Positions 32,327 through 43,003 of a stretch of DNA of 64,000 nt are shown one piece after another; the first letter of the stretch is position 1, and the number at the start of each line of letters is the position of its first letter. This DNA is from Candidatus Latescibacterota bacterium (GTDB lineage Bacteria > Latescibacterota > UBA2968), in NCBI GenBank assembly GCA_965204745.1, contig OZ242010.1, positions 2,496,001 to 2,560,000 of the forward strand. The letters are read 5' to 3'. The notes beneath the pieces were generated by a model, which was not told the DNA's origin, did not search any database, and saw nothing but the letters and a program-made list of their open reading frames with translations. The position numbers and the translations under genes are program-made.

Positions 32327-32746
32327 ATGTTAATGCCAAAGCGCGTCAAGTGGCGAAAACAGCAAAGAGGGCGTCTCAAAGGCACGACCCTTCGGGGAGC
32401 GCGCATTTCTTTTGGGGAATACGGGTTGCAGGCCCTCGAACCGGGATGGATCACCAACAGGCAAATCGAAGCGGCCCGCGTAGCGATTACGCGCGCCTTG
32501 GGCCGCGGTGGCAAAGTTTGGATTCGCGTTTTTCCGGACAAACCCCTCACGGTGAAGCCCGCCGAAACCCGCATGGGCAAGGGCAAGGGCAATCCCGAAT
32601 ACTGGGTCGCGGTGATCAAGCCCGGGCGCATTATGTTTGAAATTGAAGGAGTGCCGCGTGCGAGCGCGCAACGCGCCATCAAATTGGCGAGCCAAAAATT
32701 GCCCATTAAAGTGCGCTTTGTCGAGCGCGGAGGGCACGAGGAATGA
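32327..32746 (+). CDS. rplP: 50S ribosomal protein L16
   Basis: [18 protein letters not shown]. Confidence 0.98.
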   Translation: MLMPKRVKWRKQQRGRLKGTTLRGARISFGEYGLQALEPGWITNRQIEAARVAITRALGRGGKVWIRVFPDKPLTVKPAETRMGKGKGNPEYWVAVIKPGRIMFEIEGVPRASAQRAIKLASQKLPIKVRFVERGGHEE

Positions 32747-32955
32747 AACCGAGTGAAATGCGAGATCTCACGCCGAGCGACGTGCGGGAGAGAATTGGGG
32801 AACGAGAAGCGGAACTCATCAATCTCCGCATTCAGTTGGCGACGCGCCAACTCGATAATCCCATTGTGTTGCGAGATGCGCGCAGGGAACTCGCCCGGCT
32901 CAAAACCGTGTTGCGCGAACACGAGCTCGGCATTCGCACGCTTCCCAATGCGTAA
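32743..32955 (+). CDS. rpmC: 50S ribosomal protein L29
   Basis: [13 protein letters not shown], synteny. Confidence 0.96.
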   Translation: MKPSEMRDLTPSDVRERIGEREAELINLRIQLATRQLDNPIVLRDARRELARLKTVLREHELGIRTLPNA

Positions 32956-32975
32956 CTTTTGAGGAGAATCGGCGT

Positions 32976-33242
32976 ATGGCACAAGTGCAAACCCGCAGGC
33001 ACCGCAAAACCCGAGTGGGGCTGGTGGTCAGCGATAAAGCCAACAAGACCATTGTCGTTGAGGTGAGGCGTCAGGTGGCGCACCCCTTGTATGGCAAGGT
33101 CGTGCAAAGGCGTTCAAAATTGGCGGCGCACGACGAGAAGAACGAAGCGCGATCTGGCGATGAGGTGTTGGTTGCCGAAACCCGGCCTTTGAGCAAGACC
33201 AAACGCTGGCGATTGGTGGAAATTGTCAAAAAAGCCCATTGA
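32976..33242 (+). CDS. rpsQ: 30S ribosomal protein S17
   Basis: [17 protein letters not shown]. Confidence 0.98.
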   Translation: MAQVQTRRHRKTRVGLVVSDKANKTIVVEVRRQVAHPLYGKVVQRRSKLAAHDEKNEARSGDEVLVAETRPLSKTKRWRLVEIVKKAH

Positions 33243-33254
33243 GGTGGAGAGGTC

Positions 33255-33623
33255 ATGGTTCAGGAATATTCGATGTTGAATTGCGCCGATAACACGGGGG
33301 CCCGAAAGGTGATGTGCTTTCGCATTTTGGGAGGCACCAAGCGCAAGTACGCCAAAATCGGCGACACGGTTGTGGTTACGGTGAAAGATGCACAGCCAAA
33401 CAGCGGGGTGAAGCGCGGCGACGTCGCCCGTGCGGTGATCGTTCGCACGAAAAAGGAAACGCGCCGAGCAGATGGGTCGTACATCCGATTTGACGACAAT
33501 GCCGCTGTGTTGATCAATCAGGAAGGCGAACCCCGCGGCACGCGCATTTTTGGGCCTGTGGCCCGCGAGTTGCGCGAGCGGCGGTTTATGCGGATCGTAT
33601 CGCTGGCGCCCGAAGTGATTTAA
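33255..33623 (+). CDS. rplN: 50S ribosomal protein L14
   Basis: [18 protein letters not shown]. Confidence 0.98.
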   Translation: MVQEYSMLNCADNTGARKVMCFRILGGTKRKYAKIGDTVVVTVKDAQPNSGVKRGDVARAVIVRTKKETRRADGSYIRFDDNAAVLINQEGEPRGTRIFGPVARELRERRFMRIVSLAPEVI

Positions 33624-33638
33624 AAGGCGAGGAAAAAA

Positions 33639-33959
33639 ATGAAAATTCGCAAGGGCGATCAAGTCGAGGTCATCAGCGGGGTTTATACCGGGCAACGGGG
33701 CAAGGTGTTGCGCGTTTGGAAAAAGAACGACCGGGTGCTGGTCGAAGGGGTCAACACGGTCAAACGCCATACGCGCCCCAGTCCCAACAATCAGCAAGGC
33801 GGGATTGTGGAAAAGGATGCGCCCGTGCATGCGTCGAATCTCATGATCGTCGATCCACAAACCGACGAGCGCACCCGGGTTCGCATTCAGCGGCTCGAAG
33901 ATGGGTCGCGCGTGCGGATTGCAAAAAAGAGCGGGGAGCAAATTCCCGACGCTGACTAG
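33639..33959 (+). CDS. rplX: 50S ribosomal protein L24
   Basis: [15 protein letters not shown]. Confidence 0.98.
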   Translation: MKIRKGDQVEVISGVYTGQRGKVLRVWKKNDRVLVEGVNTVKRHTRPSPNNQQGGIVEKDAPVHASNLMIVDPQTDERTRVRIQRLEDGSRVRIAKKSGEQIPDAD

Positions 33960-34011
33960 AGGCGTACCGACCGACGGCCTGTCAGCAGATGTGTCGAATG
34001 ACGAGGACGAT

Positions 34012-34560
34012 ATGGCAACGCGATTGCAAGAACACTATGAAAGCGAAGTGGTACCCGCACTCATCCAGCGGTTTGGCTACGAGAATCGCATGCAAGTGCC
34101 CAAGGTGGAAAAGGTCGTTTTGAATATGGGCGTTGGCGAAGCCGTGCTCAATGCGCGGGTGATCGAGCATGCGGTCGAGGATTTGACGCGCATTTCAGGG
34201 CAAAGGCCCGCCATTCGCAGGGCGAGGAAAGCCGTTTCAAATTTTAAGTTGCGCCAAGGCATGCCCATCGGTTGCGCTGTCACCCTTCGCAGGGCGCGCA
34301 TGTACGAGTTTCTCGACCGGTTTTTCAACTTTTCCGTGCCGCGCATCCGCGACTTTCGCGGGCTTTCAACGCGGTCATTCGACGGCCGGGGCAATTACAC
34401 GGTCGGCATTCAGGAGCAGATCATTTTTCCGGAAATCGACTACGATCAAATCGACAAAATTCGCGGCCTCGACGTGACTTTGGTCACGACGGCCCCTACG
34501 GATGAAGAGGCATTGGAATTGCTCAGCGGGATGGGCATGCCGTTTCAAAATCAAGGGTGA
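34012..34560 (+). CDS. rplE: 50S ribosomal protein L5
   Basis: [22 protein letters not shown]. Confidence 0.98.
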   Translation: MATRLQEHYESEVVPALIQRFGYENRMQVPKVEKVVLNMGVGEAVLNARVIEHAVEDLTRISGQRPAIRRARKAVSNFKLRQGMPIGCAVTLRRARMYEFLDRFFNFSVPRIRDFRGLSTRSFDGRGNYTVGIQEQIIFPEIDYDQIDKIRGLDVTLVTTAPTDEEALELLSGMGMPFQNQG

Positions 34561-34585
34561 ACAACAACAGAAGGTCAGGGCTGAT

Positions 34586-34771
34586 ATGGCGAAAAAATCC
34601 ATGATTGCCAAAGCAAAGCGCAGACAGAAATTTGCCGTTCGCCGCTATAACCGGTGCCACAGGTGCGGCAGGCCGCGCGGTTATTTGCGGAAATTCGGGG
34701 TTTGCCGCATCTGTTTCCGCGAATTGGCACTCGCCGGCGAGATTCCCGGCGTGACAAAGGCGAGTTGGTAA
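34586..34771 (+). CDS. rpsN: 30S ribosomal protein S14 (zinc-binding type Z)
   Basis: RCHRCGRPR...CRIC, 61 aa. Confidence 0.97.
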   Translation: MAKKSMIAKAKRRQKFAVRRYNRCHRCGRPRGYLRKFGVCRICFRELALAGEIPGVTKASW

Positions 34772-34784
34772 GGGAGGTGCGATT

Positions 34785-35180
34785 GTGACAACGGATCCGA
34801 TTGCCGATATGTTGACGCGGGTGCGGAATGCATGTCGCGCTGGGCATCGCAAGGTGGATATTCCGAGTTCCACGATGAAACGCGAGATCGCCCGCATTTT
34901 GAAAGAGCGCGGTTTTGTCCACAATTACGCGCATATCGAGGACAATAGGCAGGGGTACTTGCGCCTGTATCTCAAGTACAGTTCCGACGAGGAAAGCGCG
35001 ATTCAGGGGTTGAAGCGCGAGAGCCGGCCCGGGTTGCGAAAGTACGTGGGCAAAGCCGACATTCCCCGCATCCTCAATGGCCTGGGCGTCGCCATTTTAT
35101 CCACATCAAAAGGCGTTTTGACGGATCGCGTTGCGCGCCGAGAAGGCGTTGGTGGCGAAGTGATTTGCAGCGTCTGGTAA
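34785..35180 (+). CDS. rpsH: 30S ribosomal protein S8
   Basis: DPIADMLTRVRN, SRPGLRKY. Confidence 0.98.
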   Translation: MTTDPIADMLTRVRNACRAGHRKVDIPSSTMKREIARILKERGFVHNYAHIEDNRQGYLRLYLKYSSDEESAIQGLKRESRPGLRKYVGKADIPRILNGLGVAILSTSKGVLTDRVARREGVGGEVICSVW

Positions 35181-35192
35181 AAGGAGAGCGTC

Positions 35193-35759
35193 GTGTCTCG
35201 AATAGGTAAACAGGCCATCGCAGTGCCCGGTGGCGTGCAGGTGCAAATTGGGGCTTCACAAGCGCGAGTCACCGGTCCCAAAGGGACCTTGCAAGTGCCA
35301 TTGCACCCGGTCGCGGATGTGAGCCAAGAAAATGGCGCGCTTTCCGTTACTGTGCAAGACCCCGAAGATCGGCAACACAAGTCGCTTTGGGGCCTCACGC
35401 GCGCGTTGTTGGCGAATGCGGTTCAAGGCGTGACCGCGGGTTTCGAGAAGCGCCTGATCGTCGTGGGCGTGGGCTATCGCGCGGATATGAAGGGAAAAAA
35501 TTTGGATCTCAACGTGGGGTTCAGCCACTCGGTCACGGTTGAAGCACCACAGGGGATCGAATTTAGCGTGGATAACCCGCCGCCCGAGCCGGAAAACGCC
35601 CAAGCACTGGTTCGGGTCAGCGGCGCGGACAAAGAACTCGTGGGGCGCATCGCGGCGAATATCCGCAGTATCCGGCCCCCCGAACCGTACAAGGGCAAGG
35701 GCATCCGGTATAGCGACGAATACGTGCGGCGCAAGGCCGGCAAGGCGGCGGTCAGTTAA
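35193..35759 (+). CDS. rplF: 50S ribosomal protein L6
   Basis: SRIGK, PEPYKGKGIRY. Confidence 0.98.
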   Translation: MSRIGKQAIAVPGGVQVQIGASQARVTGPKGTLQVPLHPVADVSQENGALSVTVQDPEDRQHKSLWGLTRALLANAVQGVTAGFEKRLIVVGVGYRADMKGKNLDLNVGFSHSVTVEAPQGIEFSVDNPPPEPENAQALVRVSGADKELVGRIAANIRSIRPPEPYKGKGIRYSDEYVRRKAGKAAVS

Positions 35760-35782
35760 ATTTGAAATGGGTGAGTCGTTCA

Positions 35783-36151
35783 ATGGCAACCAAACAAAAT
35801 GAAAAAAAGAAGATGCACAAGCGTCGTCAGTTGCGGATCAGAAAGCGGCTTTTCGGAACCGCAGACCGACCTCGGCTGACGGTTTTTCGCAGCCTCAAAC
35901 ACATTCAGGCGCACCTGATCGACGATGCGAATGGGCGTTCATTGCTGGGCATTTCGTCCCATGGGCTTAAGGATCAGTTGCAAAATATCGCGGGTAAGTG
36001 CGATCAGAGCCGCGAGGTGGGCAAGGTTCTGGCGGCCAAAGCGCGGGAGGCCGGTATTTCGCAAGTCGTTTTCGACCGCGCCGGGTATCTCTATCACGGC
36101 CGCGTCAAGGCATTGGCAGAGGGCGCGCGCGAAGGCGGGTTGAAATTTTAA
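35783..36151 (+). CDS. rplR: 50S ribosomal protein L18
   Basis: [21 protein letters not shown]. Confidence 0.98.
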   Translation: MATKQNEKKKMHKRRQLRIRKRLFGTADRPRLTVFRSLKHIQAHLIDDANGRSLLGISSHGLKDQLQNIAGKCDQSREVGKVLAAKAREAGISQVVFDRAGYLYHGRVKALAEGAREGGLKF

Positions 36152-36167
36152 TGCTAAGGAGCGGGTT

Positions 36168-36692
36168 TTGAGCAGAATTGAAGCCACGGGTTTAGACCTG
36201 ACAGAGGTCGTCATCAACAACAGCATCAAGCGCGTGTCTCACGTCCGCAAGGGCGGGCGGCGTTTTGCGTTTAATGCGCTGTGCGTGGTCGGCGACAAAA
36301 AAGGCATTGTGGGCGTTGGCATGGGCAAAGCGGGCGAGGTCTCTGAGGCCATCCGCAAAGCGACCGACGACGCAAAAAAGAATCTGGTGCGCGTGCCCGT
36401 CGTGGAAGGCACTTTACCACACGAGATTATCGGACGGTTCGGCGCGTCTCGCGTTTTGCTCAAACCCGCCGCGCCCGGCACGGGCGTCATCGCAGGCGGG
36501 GGCGTGCGTGCGGTTTTGGAATTGGCCGGGATTCAAAATGTGTTGACGAAATCCTTGGGTTCTCAAAATCCCCAAAATGCTGTCAAAGCCGCGATGGAGG
36601 GCTTGACGCGGCTAAAAGATGCGGGGATGTTTGCGCGATTGCGCGGCATAGATGAAGCCGAATTGATCTCGGTGCGGGGGCAGGATGGCTGA
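36168..36692 (+). CDS. rpsE: 30S ribosomal protein S5
   Basis: [14 protein letters not shown]. Confidence 0.98.
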   Translation: MSRIEATGLDLTEVVINNSIKRVSHVRKGGRRFAFNALCVVGDKKGIVGVGMGKAGEVSEAIRKATDDAKKNLVRVPVVEGTLPHEIIGRFGASRVLLKPAAPGTGVIAGGGVRAVLELAGIQNVLTKSLGSQNPQNAVKAAMEGLTRLKDAGMFARLRGIDEAELISVRGQDG

Positions 36693-36885
36693 CCAAAAAA
36701 CACTTCGGATTACGCAGGTTCGCAGCGCGATTAAGCGGCCAAAAAAACAACAGCGAACCTTGGACGCGCTGGGTATCCGCCGCATTCGCCATACGGTAGA
36801 ACACGATGACTCGCCGCAGGTGCGCGGCATGCTGGTGGTCGTCTCGCATCTGGTCACAGTTGAAGAAACGGGAACGCAAAAATGA
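36685..36885 (+). CDS. rpmD: 50S ribosomal protein L30
   Basis: [17 protein letters not shown]. Confidence 0.96.
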   Translation: MADQKTLRITQVRSAIKRPKKQQRTLDALGIRRIRHTVEHDDSPQVRGMLVVVSHLVTVEETGTQK

Positions 36886-37346
36886 AACTCGGCAATCTCT
36901 CGCCGCCCAAAGGGGCGACTGCAAAAAAGAAACGCCTGGGCATTGGCCCCGGCTCTGGAACGGGTAAAACCGCGGGCAGGGGGCACAAAGGGCAACGGGC
37001 GCGGTCCGGGTCCAAGCGCAAGGATTGGTTTGAGGGCGGGCAAATGCCCCTGCAACAGCGCTTGCCCAAAATTGGATTTAACAATCCCTTTCGCGTCGCG
37101 TACCAGATCGTCAATCTCGCGGATTTGGCTGCGCGAGAACTCTCTGGCGAGATTACGCCCGAGGTGCTCAAAGGCGCGGGGCTGATCGCCTCGGCAAAAC
37201 GGCCCGTGAAAATTTTGGGACAAGGCGAAATTGCCGCGCCCTTGCAAGTTCGGGTTCAGGCGATGTCGGCTGCGGCTGCGAAAAAAATCATCGCCGCGGG
37301 CGGAAGCGTTGACGTTACTGCCGGCGGCGCGGTCGAGGCCGACTGA
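36882..37346 (+). CDS. rplO: 50S ribosomal protein L15
   Basis: GRGHKGQRARSG, FEGGQMPL. Confidence 0.98.
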   Translation: MKLGNLSPPKGATAKKKRLGIGPGSGTGKTAGRGHKGQRARSGSKRKDWFEGGQMPLQQRLPKIGFNNPFRVAYQIVNLADLAARELSGEITPEVLKGAGLIASAKRPVKILGQGEIAAPLQVRVQAMSAAAAKKIIAAGGSVDVTAGGAVEAD

Positions 37347-37358
37347 GAGGAGGAGGCG

Positions 37359-38699
37359 TTGCTCGAGAGCGTCAAAAGCGTTTTTAAGATCCCGGAACTG
37401 CGGAACAAGGTGTTGTTCACCCTGGGCATTTTGGCGATTTATCGCTTGGGTGGGCAGATTCCCATTCCGGGCATAGACCGAGTCGCATTGGGTGAGTTTT
37501 TTGCCGGCACCACGCAGACCATTTTCGGCCTCTACGACATGTTCGTGGGCGGGGCATTTACTCGTGCGACCGTGTTCGCGCTGGGGATTATGCCCTATAT
37601 CAGCGCGTCCATTATTTTTCAATTGATGGGTGCTGTGGTGCCATCCCTGCAAAAGCTGCAAAAAGAGGGCGAGGCCGGGCGCAAGAAGATCATTCAATAC
37701 ACGCGGTACGGCACGGTCGCCTTAGCTGCGGCGCAGTCGTTGGGCGTGAGCTTTTTTTTGGAAAGTCTCCAATCTCCGTCGACCGGGCTTCCGGTCGTGC
37801 TCTATTCCGGGTGGAGTTTCCGGTTGTTGACGGTTTTGACCATTACCGCAGGCACCGTGTTTATTATGTGGCTGGGCGAACAGATCGACGCGCACGGCAT
37901 CGGCAACGGGATGTCCCTGCTCATTTTTATTGGCATTATTGCGGCATTGCCCTTTGTCGTGCGGCAAGAGTATCGAGATTTCGTGACCAATGACAAGGCC
38001 ATTTTGATCGAGATCGCCGTTTTGGTTATCGTTGTTGCCCTGACCGCGCTGGTGGTGTTGATCACGCAGGGCACGCGCAAAATTCCGGTACAATACGCCA
38101 AGCGCGTGGTTGGGCGGCGCGTCTATGGGGGGCAAAGCACGCATATTCCGCTCAAAGTCAATACATCTGGGGTGATGCCCATTATTTTTGCACAGGCCAT
38201 TATGTTTTTGCCCGCGACAATGGCAGGGTTTGCCCCCAACAACGAATTTATGCAAAATTTCGCGTCTGCATTTACGCCGAGTATGTCGTGGGTGTCGTTG
38301 CCCTATTGGTCGATTTACTCCTTGCTCGTGATTTTCTTCGCCTATTTTTACACCGCCATCGTGTTTAATCCGATTGATTTAGCCGACAACATGAAACGCC
38401 AGGGCGGGTTTATTCCCGGGGTGAGGCCTGGCAAGCGCACGTCTGATTTTATCGACCGGGTGCTCACGCGCATCAACATGCCGGGGTCAATTTTCTTGGC
38501 CGCTATCGCGGTTGGCCCCTACTTCATCATCAATTCGATGGGGGTGCATCCGGGCCTCGAACAGGTGTTTGGCGGCACGGGGTTGTTGATTATGGTCGGC
38601 GTGGCACTCGACACCTTGCAGCAGGTCGAATCGCATTTGCTGATGCGCCACTACGATGGGTTTATGAAAAAGGGCCGCATTCGCGGGCGCCGCGCATGA
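37359..38699 (+). CDS. secY: Preprotein translocase subunit SecY
   Basis: ALGIMPYISASII, GIGNGMSL, FIPGVRPG. Confidence 0.98.
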   Translation: MLESVKSVFKIPELRNKVLFTLGILAIYRLGGQIPIPGIDRVALGEFFAGTTQTIFGLYDMFVGGAFTRATVFALGIMPYISASIIFQLMGAVVPSLQKLQKEGEAGRKKIIQYTRYGTVALAAAQSLGVSFFLESLQSPSTGLPVVLYSGWSFRLLTVLTITAGTVFIMWLGEQIDAHGIGNGMSLLIFIGIIAALPFVVRQEYRDFVTNDKAILIEIAVLVIVVALTALVVLITQGTRKIPVQYAKRVVGRRVYGGQSTHIPLKVNTSGVMPIIFAQAIMFLPATMAGFAPNNEFMQNFASAFTPSMSWVSLPYWSIYSLLVIFFAYFYTAIVFNPIDLADNMKRQGGFIPGVRPGKRTSDFIDRVLTRINMPGSIFLAAIAVGPYFIINSMGVHPGLEQVFGGTGLLIMVGVALDTLQQVESHLLMRHYDGFMKKGRIRGRRA

Positions 38700-38723
38700 G
38701 GTCGCAAACGCTGGAGATGGGTT

Positions 38724-38840
38724 ATGAAAGTCCAATCATCCGTTCGCCGTCGCTGCAATCACTGCAAGATCATCCGCCGCCGAGGCGTTGTGCGCGTGAT
38801 TTGCAAAGCCAATCCGCGGCACAAGCAGCGACAGGGATAA
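38724..38840 (+). CDS. rpmJ: 50S ribosomal protein L36 (not in ORF track)
   Basis: Manual translation [38 protein letters not shown]. Confidence 0.96.
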   Translation: MKVQSSVRRRCNHCKIIRRRGVVRVICKANPRHKQRQG

Positions 38841-38859
38841 CCACAGGAGACGCAGTCGC

Positions 38860-39234
38860 ATGGCCCGAATTGCAGGTGTAGATATTCCCAGGGAAAAGCG
38901 CGTGGAAGTCGCGTTGACGTACATTTTGGGCATTGGGTTGAGCACGTCGCAAAAAATCCTGACGCAGACGCGGATTTCGCCCGATACGCGCGTGGAGGCT
39001 TTGACGGACTCGGAAGTCGCCAAATTGCGCTCGGTCGTCGAAGGCCAATACAAAGTTGAAGGCAACCTGCGAAGCGAAGTTGCCATGAACATCAAGCGAT
39101 TGATGGATATTGGGTGCTATCGCGGGTTGCGATGGCGGCGCGGGTTGCCGGTGCGGGGGCAACGGACGCGCACCAATGCCAGAACGCGCAAAGGCCCCAA
39201 GCCCGGTATTGGCAGCCGCAGACGGAGCGGGTAA
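38860..39234 (+). CDS. rpsM: 30S ribosomal protein S13
   Basis: [27 protein letters not shown]. Confidence 0.98.
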   Translation: MARIAGVDIPREKRVEVALTYILGIGLSTSQKILTQTRISPDTRVEALTDSEVAKLRSVVEGQYKVEGNLRSEVAMNIKRLMDIGCYRGLRWRRGLPVRGQRTRTNARTRKGPKPGIGSRRRSG

Positions 39235-39254
39235 TCAAACAAAGGAGGAGTCGT

Positions 39255-39638
39255 TTGCCACCGAGAAGAGGGAGACGACGGAGCAGACGGGTCGAGGCCA
39301 ATGGCGTCGCCCACGTCAATGCCAGTTTTAACAATACCATCGTGACGCTGACCGACCGCGATGGCAAGGTCATTTCGTGGTCGTCCACCGGCAAAGTCGG
39401 GTTTAAGGGGTCGAGAAAGAGCACGCCCTATGCCGCTCAGTTGGCCGCAAACGATGCGGCCCGAGAGGCCATGGCACTCGGATTGCGCCGGGTGGAAGTG
39501 TGGGTCAAGGGGCCCGGGGTTGGCCGAGAAGCTGCGGTGCGTTCCTTGCAGGGCGCGGGGTTGGAAATTTCCGCGATCAAAGACGTCACGCCCATTCCGC
39601 ACAATGGGTGCCGCCCGCCCAAGCGACGGCGCGTTTAA
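39255..39638 (+). CDS. rpsK: 30S ribosomal protein S11
   Basis: [27 protein letters not shown]; TTG start after AGGAGG. Confidence 0.97.
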   Translation: MPPRRGRRRSRRVEANGVAHVNASFNNTIVTLTDRDGKVISWSSTGKVGFKGSRKSTPYAAQLAANDAAREAMALGLRRVEVWVKGPGVGREAAVRSLQGAGLEISAIKDVTPIPHNGCRPPKRRRV

Positions 39639-39660
39639 CCAAAGAAACAGGAGATATCGC

Positions 39661-40290
39661 ATGGCGAGATACACTGGCCCAAGTTGCAAACTGTGTCGCA
39701 GAGAAGGCATGAAATTGTTTCTCAAAGGCGCGCGTTGCCACATGGACAAATGTTCGTTTGACCGCCGGAGCTACGCGCCCGGCATGCACGGGCAGAACAT
39801 GCGCCGCAAGCCGTCGGAATACGCGCTTCAGCTCCGCGAGAAGCAAAAAACCAAGCGCATCTACGGGGTGCTGGAAAACCAATTTCGCACCTATTATTCC
39901 AAGGCTGCGCGCAAAAAGGGCGTGACGGGCGAGTTGCTTTTGCAGATGCTCGAATGCCGGCTGGACAACCTGATCTACCGGTTGGGCTTCGCGCCATCCC
40001 GAAAATCCGCACGCCAACTCGTGCGGCATCGGCACATTGCGGTCAATGGGCGCACCGTGGATATTCCCTCATTTCAGGTTTCTCCGGGCGATGCGGTGCA
40101 GGTGCGCGAAAAGAGCCGTCAGTTGCAACTCATTCACGATTCGCTCAAGCGCGCAGGCGATGCGGGTCAAGCGACGTGGCTTTCGGTCGATAAGGTGAAT
40201 TTGAGTGGCACGCTCATCGAATATCCAAAGCGCGACGCCATCCCCACGCCGGTCGAAGAGCAACTCATCGTCGAGCTTTACTCCAAGTAA
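39661..40290 (+). CDS. rpsD: 30S ribosomal protein S4
   Basis: MARYTGPSCKLCRREG, LIVELYSK. Confidence 0.98.
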   Translation: MARYTGPSCKLCRREGMKLFLKGARCHMDKCSFDRRSYAPGMHGQNMRRKPSEYALQLREKQKTKRIYGVLENQFRTYYSKAARKKGVTGELLLQMLECRLDNLIYRLGFAPSRKSARQLVRHRHIAVNGRTVDIPSFQVSPGDAVQVREKSRQLQLIHDSLKRAGDAGQATWLSVDKVNLSGTLIEYPKRDAIPTPVEEQLIVELYSK

Positions 40291-40314
40291 GACGCGCAAC
40301 AGGAGTTTTTGTAT

Positions 40315-41331
40315 ATGGAAGCGACAATTTTTCAGATGCCTCGCTCTGTGAAAGTCGACGAAGAAAGTCTGCGTGACGATCACGGCTTGTTCAGTGTGCA
40401 ACCCCTCGAGCGCGGATTTGGCTCAACACTCGGCAATGCCCTGCGGCGCGTCTTGCTGTCCTCTATTGAGGGGGCCGCGATTAAGGCCGTGAAAATCGAG
40501 GGGATTCAGCACGAGTTCACAGTGGTCGAGGGCGTGGTCGAGGATGTGACGGAGATCGTCTTGAATCTCAAAGAGGTCTGTCTGCGCGTGCATGGCGATG
40601 AAGACAAGTTGCTGTACGTGCGGAAGGAAGGCCCGGGCACGCTCACGGCCGGGGATTTGAAAGTCGATGCCGATGTCGAGGTGATGAATCCGGAGTTGCA
40701 CATTGCAACGCTGGACAAAGATGGCGTGCTCGGTATGGAGATCACCGTCGGCAAGGGTAGGGGCTACGTGCTGGCCGAGGAGAACAAGCACCCGGATCAA
40801 CCGATGGGTACGATTGCGTTGGACGCGGCATTTTCCCCGATTCGCAAAGTGCATTACGAGGTCGATAATGCGCGCGTGGGGCAGCAGACCGACTACGACA
40901 AACTCACGCTACAAGTTTGGACAAACAGCGTTGTGCGCCCAGACGATGCCGTGTCGCTCGCCGCGAGAATCTTGAAAAACCATCTCGATATGTTCATCCA
41001 CTTTGAAGAAGATGTCGAAGACGAACCAGAGAGAATTATCGACGAGGAAACGCGCCGAATTGCAAAGTTGCTCCAGATGCCCGTAGAGGAATTGGAGTTG
41101 TCGGTGCGGTCGGCCAATTGTCTGAAAGCGGCCCGTATTGACACCATCGAAGATCTCGTGCAGAAAACGGAAAACGAGATGCTCAAGTTCCGCAATTTTG
41201 GGCGCAAATCGCTCAATGAACTGACCGCGATTCTCGAAAGTTATGGCCTTGCTTTCGACTTTGATGTGAGCAAGTATCGCGGCATCGCGGATCGGGATGA
41301 TCACTTCTCGATTTTGGATGAGGATATTTAG
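40315..41331 (+). CDS. rpoA: RNA polymerase alpha subunit
   Basis: PLERGFGSTLGNALRRVLLSS, LSVRSANCL. Confidence 0.98.
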   Translation: MEATIFQMPRSVKVDEESLRDDHGLFSVQPLERGFGSTLGNALRRVLLSSIEGAAIKAVKIEGIQHEFTVVEGVVEDVTEIVLNLKEVCLRVHGDEDKLLYVRKEGPGTLTAGDLKVDADVEVMNPELHIATLDKDGVLGMEITVGKGRGYVLAEENKHPDQPMGTIALDAAFSPIRKVHYEVDNARVGQQTDYDKLTLQVWTNSVVRPDDAVSLAARILKNHLDMFIHFEEDVEDEPERIIDEETRRIAKLLQMPVEELELSVRSANCLKAARIDTIEDLVQKTENEMLKFRNFGRKSLNELTAILESYGLAFDFDVSKYRGIADRDDHFSILDEDI

Positions 41332-41341
41332 CGAGGAAACC

Positions 41342-41773
41342 ATGAGGCACGGAAAACGAGGCCGCAAGTTGGGCCGTACCGCGAGCCATAAAAGGGCCAT
41401 GCTCAACAATATGGCGACATCTCTGTTCGACAATGGCAAAGTTCGCACCACCTTGCCCAAGGCCAAGGAATTGCGCGGCGTTGTCGAACGGTTGATTTCT
41501 TTTGCCAAGCGCGGCGATTTGCACGCCCGGCGCCAGGTATTGCGGCGCATTCAGAACAAGGTGGTGGTCGCCAAGTTGTTCGACGAAATTGGCCCTTCAT
41601 TTGCCGGTCGCAATGGCGGGTACACGCGCATTTTCAAGCTCGGCCCCAGGCGCGGCGACAGCAGCGAGTTGTGTTTGATCGAGCTCGTCACAGATGAGGT
41701 CGATTTCGATTATGCAGAGACCGAATCAAACGCAGATGAGGCAGAGGAAGTGGGCGTGCAGAGAGACGCTTGA
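41342..41773 (+). CDS. rplQ: 50S ribosomal protein L17
   Basis: MRHGKRGRKLGR, RNGGYTRI. Confidence 0.98.
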   Translation: MRHGKRGRKLGRTASHKRAMLNNMATSLFDNGKVRTTLPKAKELRGVVERLISFAKRGDLHARRQVLRRIQNKVVVAKLFDEIGPSFAGRNGGYTRIFKLGPRRGDSSELCLIELVTDEVDFDYAETESNADEAEEVGVQRDA

Positions 41774-41888
41774 CCTACCCCCCCGTTTCATTTTTTGAGG
41801 GCAAATCGACATTCGTTCGGTTTGCCCTTTTTTGTACGCAAAAAAGGCGACGGTATCACCGTCGCCTTTTGGTTTGGATGGGAGAAAC

Positions 41889-42362
41889 TTAGTCCCGCGA
41901 GATGCCGAGAATCTCGTAGGTGAGCGTGCCGACGGGCACTTGAATATCCACGATCTCGCCAACGCGCTTGCCCAGCAGGGCCTTGCCGATGGGAGACGCG
42001 GTCGATATCTTGTTCTGGTCAAAATCGGCTTCATCCACTGTCACCAGTGTGTACTGCATTTTGTTGCCGCTCTTTTTGTCTTGCAATTTGACCGTCGCGC
42101 CCAGATAGGCTTTGTCTTTGGGAATCTGACTTTCGTCGATGATTTCCGAGTTGGTGAGTTTTTCCTCGAGTTCGGCAATTTTCTTTTCCAGAAATGCCTG
42201 TCGCTCTTTGGCAGCGTGGTATTCGGCATTTTCACTCAAGTCGCCAAATTCGCGCGCCCGTCTGATCGCCGCGATGACGGTTGGACGCTCTTTGGTTCGC
42301 AGGTGAATGAGGTCGGCGCGAATTTTCTCGTAGCCGTCTTTGGTGAGATAAACCCGGGTCAT
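41889..42362 (-). CDS. greA: Transcription elongation factor GreA
   Basis: GDLSENAEYHAAKE, SPIGKALLG. Confidence 0.97.
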   Translation of the reverse strand: MTRVYLTKDGYEKIRADLIHLRTKERPTVIAAIRRAREFGDLSENAEYHAAKERQAFLEKKIAELEEKLTNSEIIDESQIPKDKAYLGATVKLQDKKSGNKMQYTLVTVDEADFDQNKISTASPIGKALLGKRVGEIVDIQVPVGTLTYEILGISRD

Positions 42363-42667
42363 AACAAAGTGTCCTATGAAATAAAAAATCTATCTCGAAC
42401 CCAATCGCGTGTTCCGAGATAGACTTTTGATGCGACGATATGTCGCTGTCCATTGTCTATATGGCAAAAAAATAACACCTTTTGGGCGATAAGTCAAGCG
42501 TAAATATTCGCGTGCGGATAAATCCGCATCTGGGGTTTGACTCGCACGTTGCTCGGCAAAAATGTTTTTCTCGTTTGAGTGGGATGTTATATTTTTTGGG
42601 TTCAATTCACCATTGATAATTTTACGAGAACCGCGATGCGTTTATTTCGAGGCAAGTTTCATTTTTT

Positions 42668-43003
42668 GGGGACCTATTTCCCTAAATCCCCTTGTATCTT
42701 TGGGCAGGCACGGAGGCACCGCCCCTACACCCAAAAAAGTGAGAAGGTAGAGGCAAGACGTGAGAAGGCCACCCCTCTCCCCTCTTGCGTCTCGCGTCTT
42801 CCGTCTTCGGGCGAGCACGAAGGCATCGCCCCTACACACGGCTCGCCTTTAAGCGAGTTGTACCCCTTTTGTGTTTTTGTGCCTTTTGTGCTTTTTGTGG
42901 CTCAAATCGCATCTTCCTCTTTTGCGTCTTTTGTGCCTTTTGTGGCTCAAATCGCATCTTCCTCTTTTGTGTCTTTTGTGCTTTTTGTGGCTCAAATCGC
43001 ATC
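42668..43003. repeat. Repeat cluster: degenerate REP-A, two GTAG REPs, three 45-bp tandem units
   Basis: GTGGCTCAAATCGCATCT at 42897, 42942, 42987; CCCCTAC-ended REPs. Confidence 0.8.
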
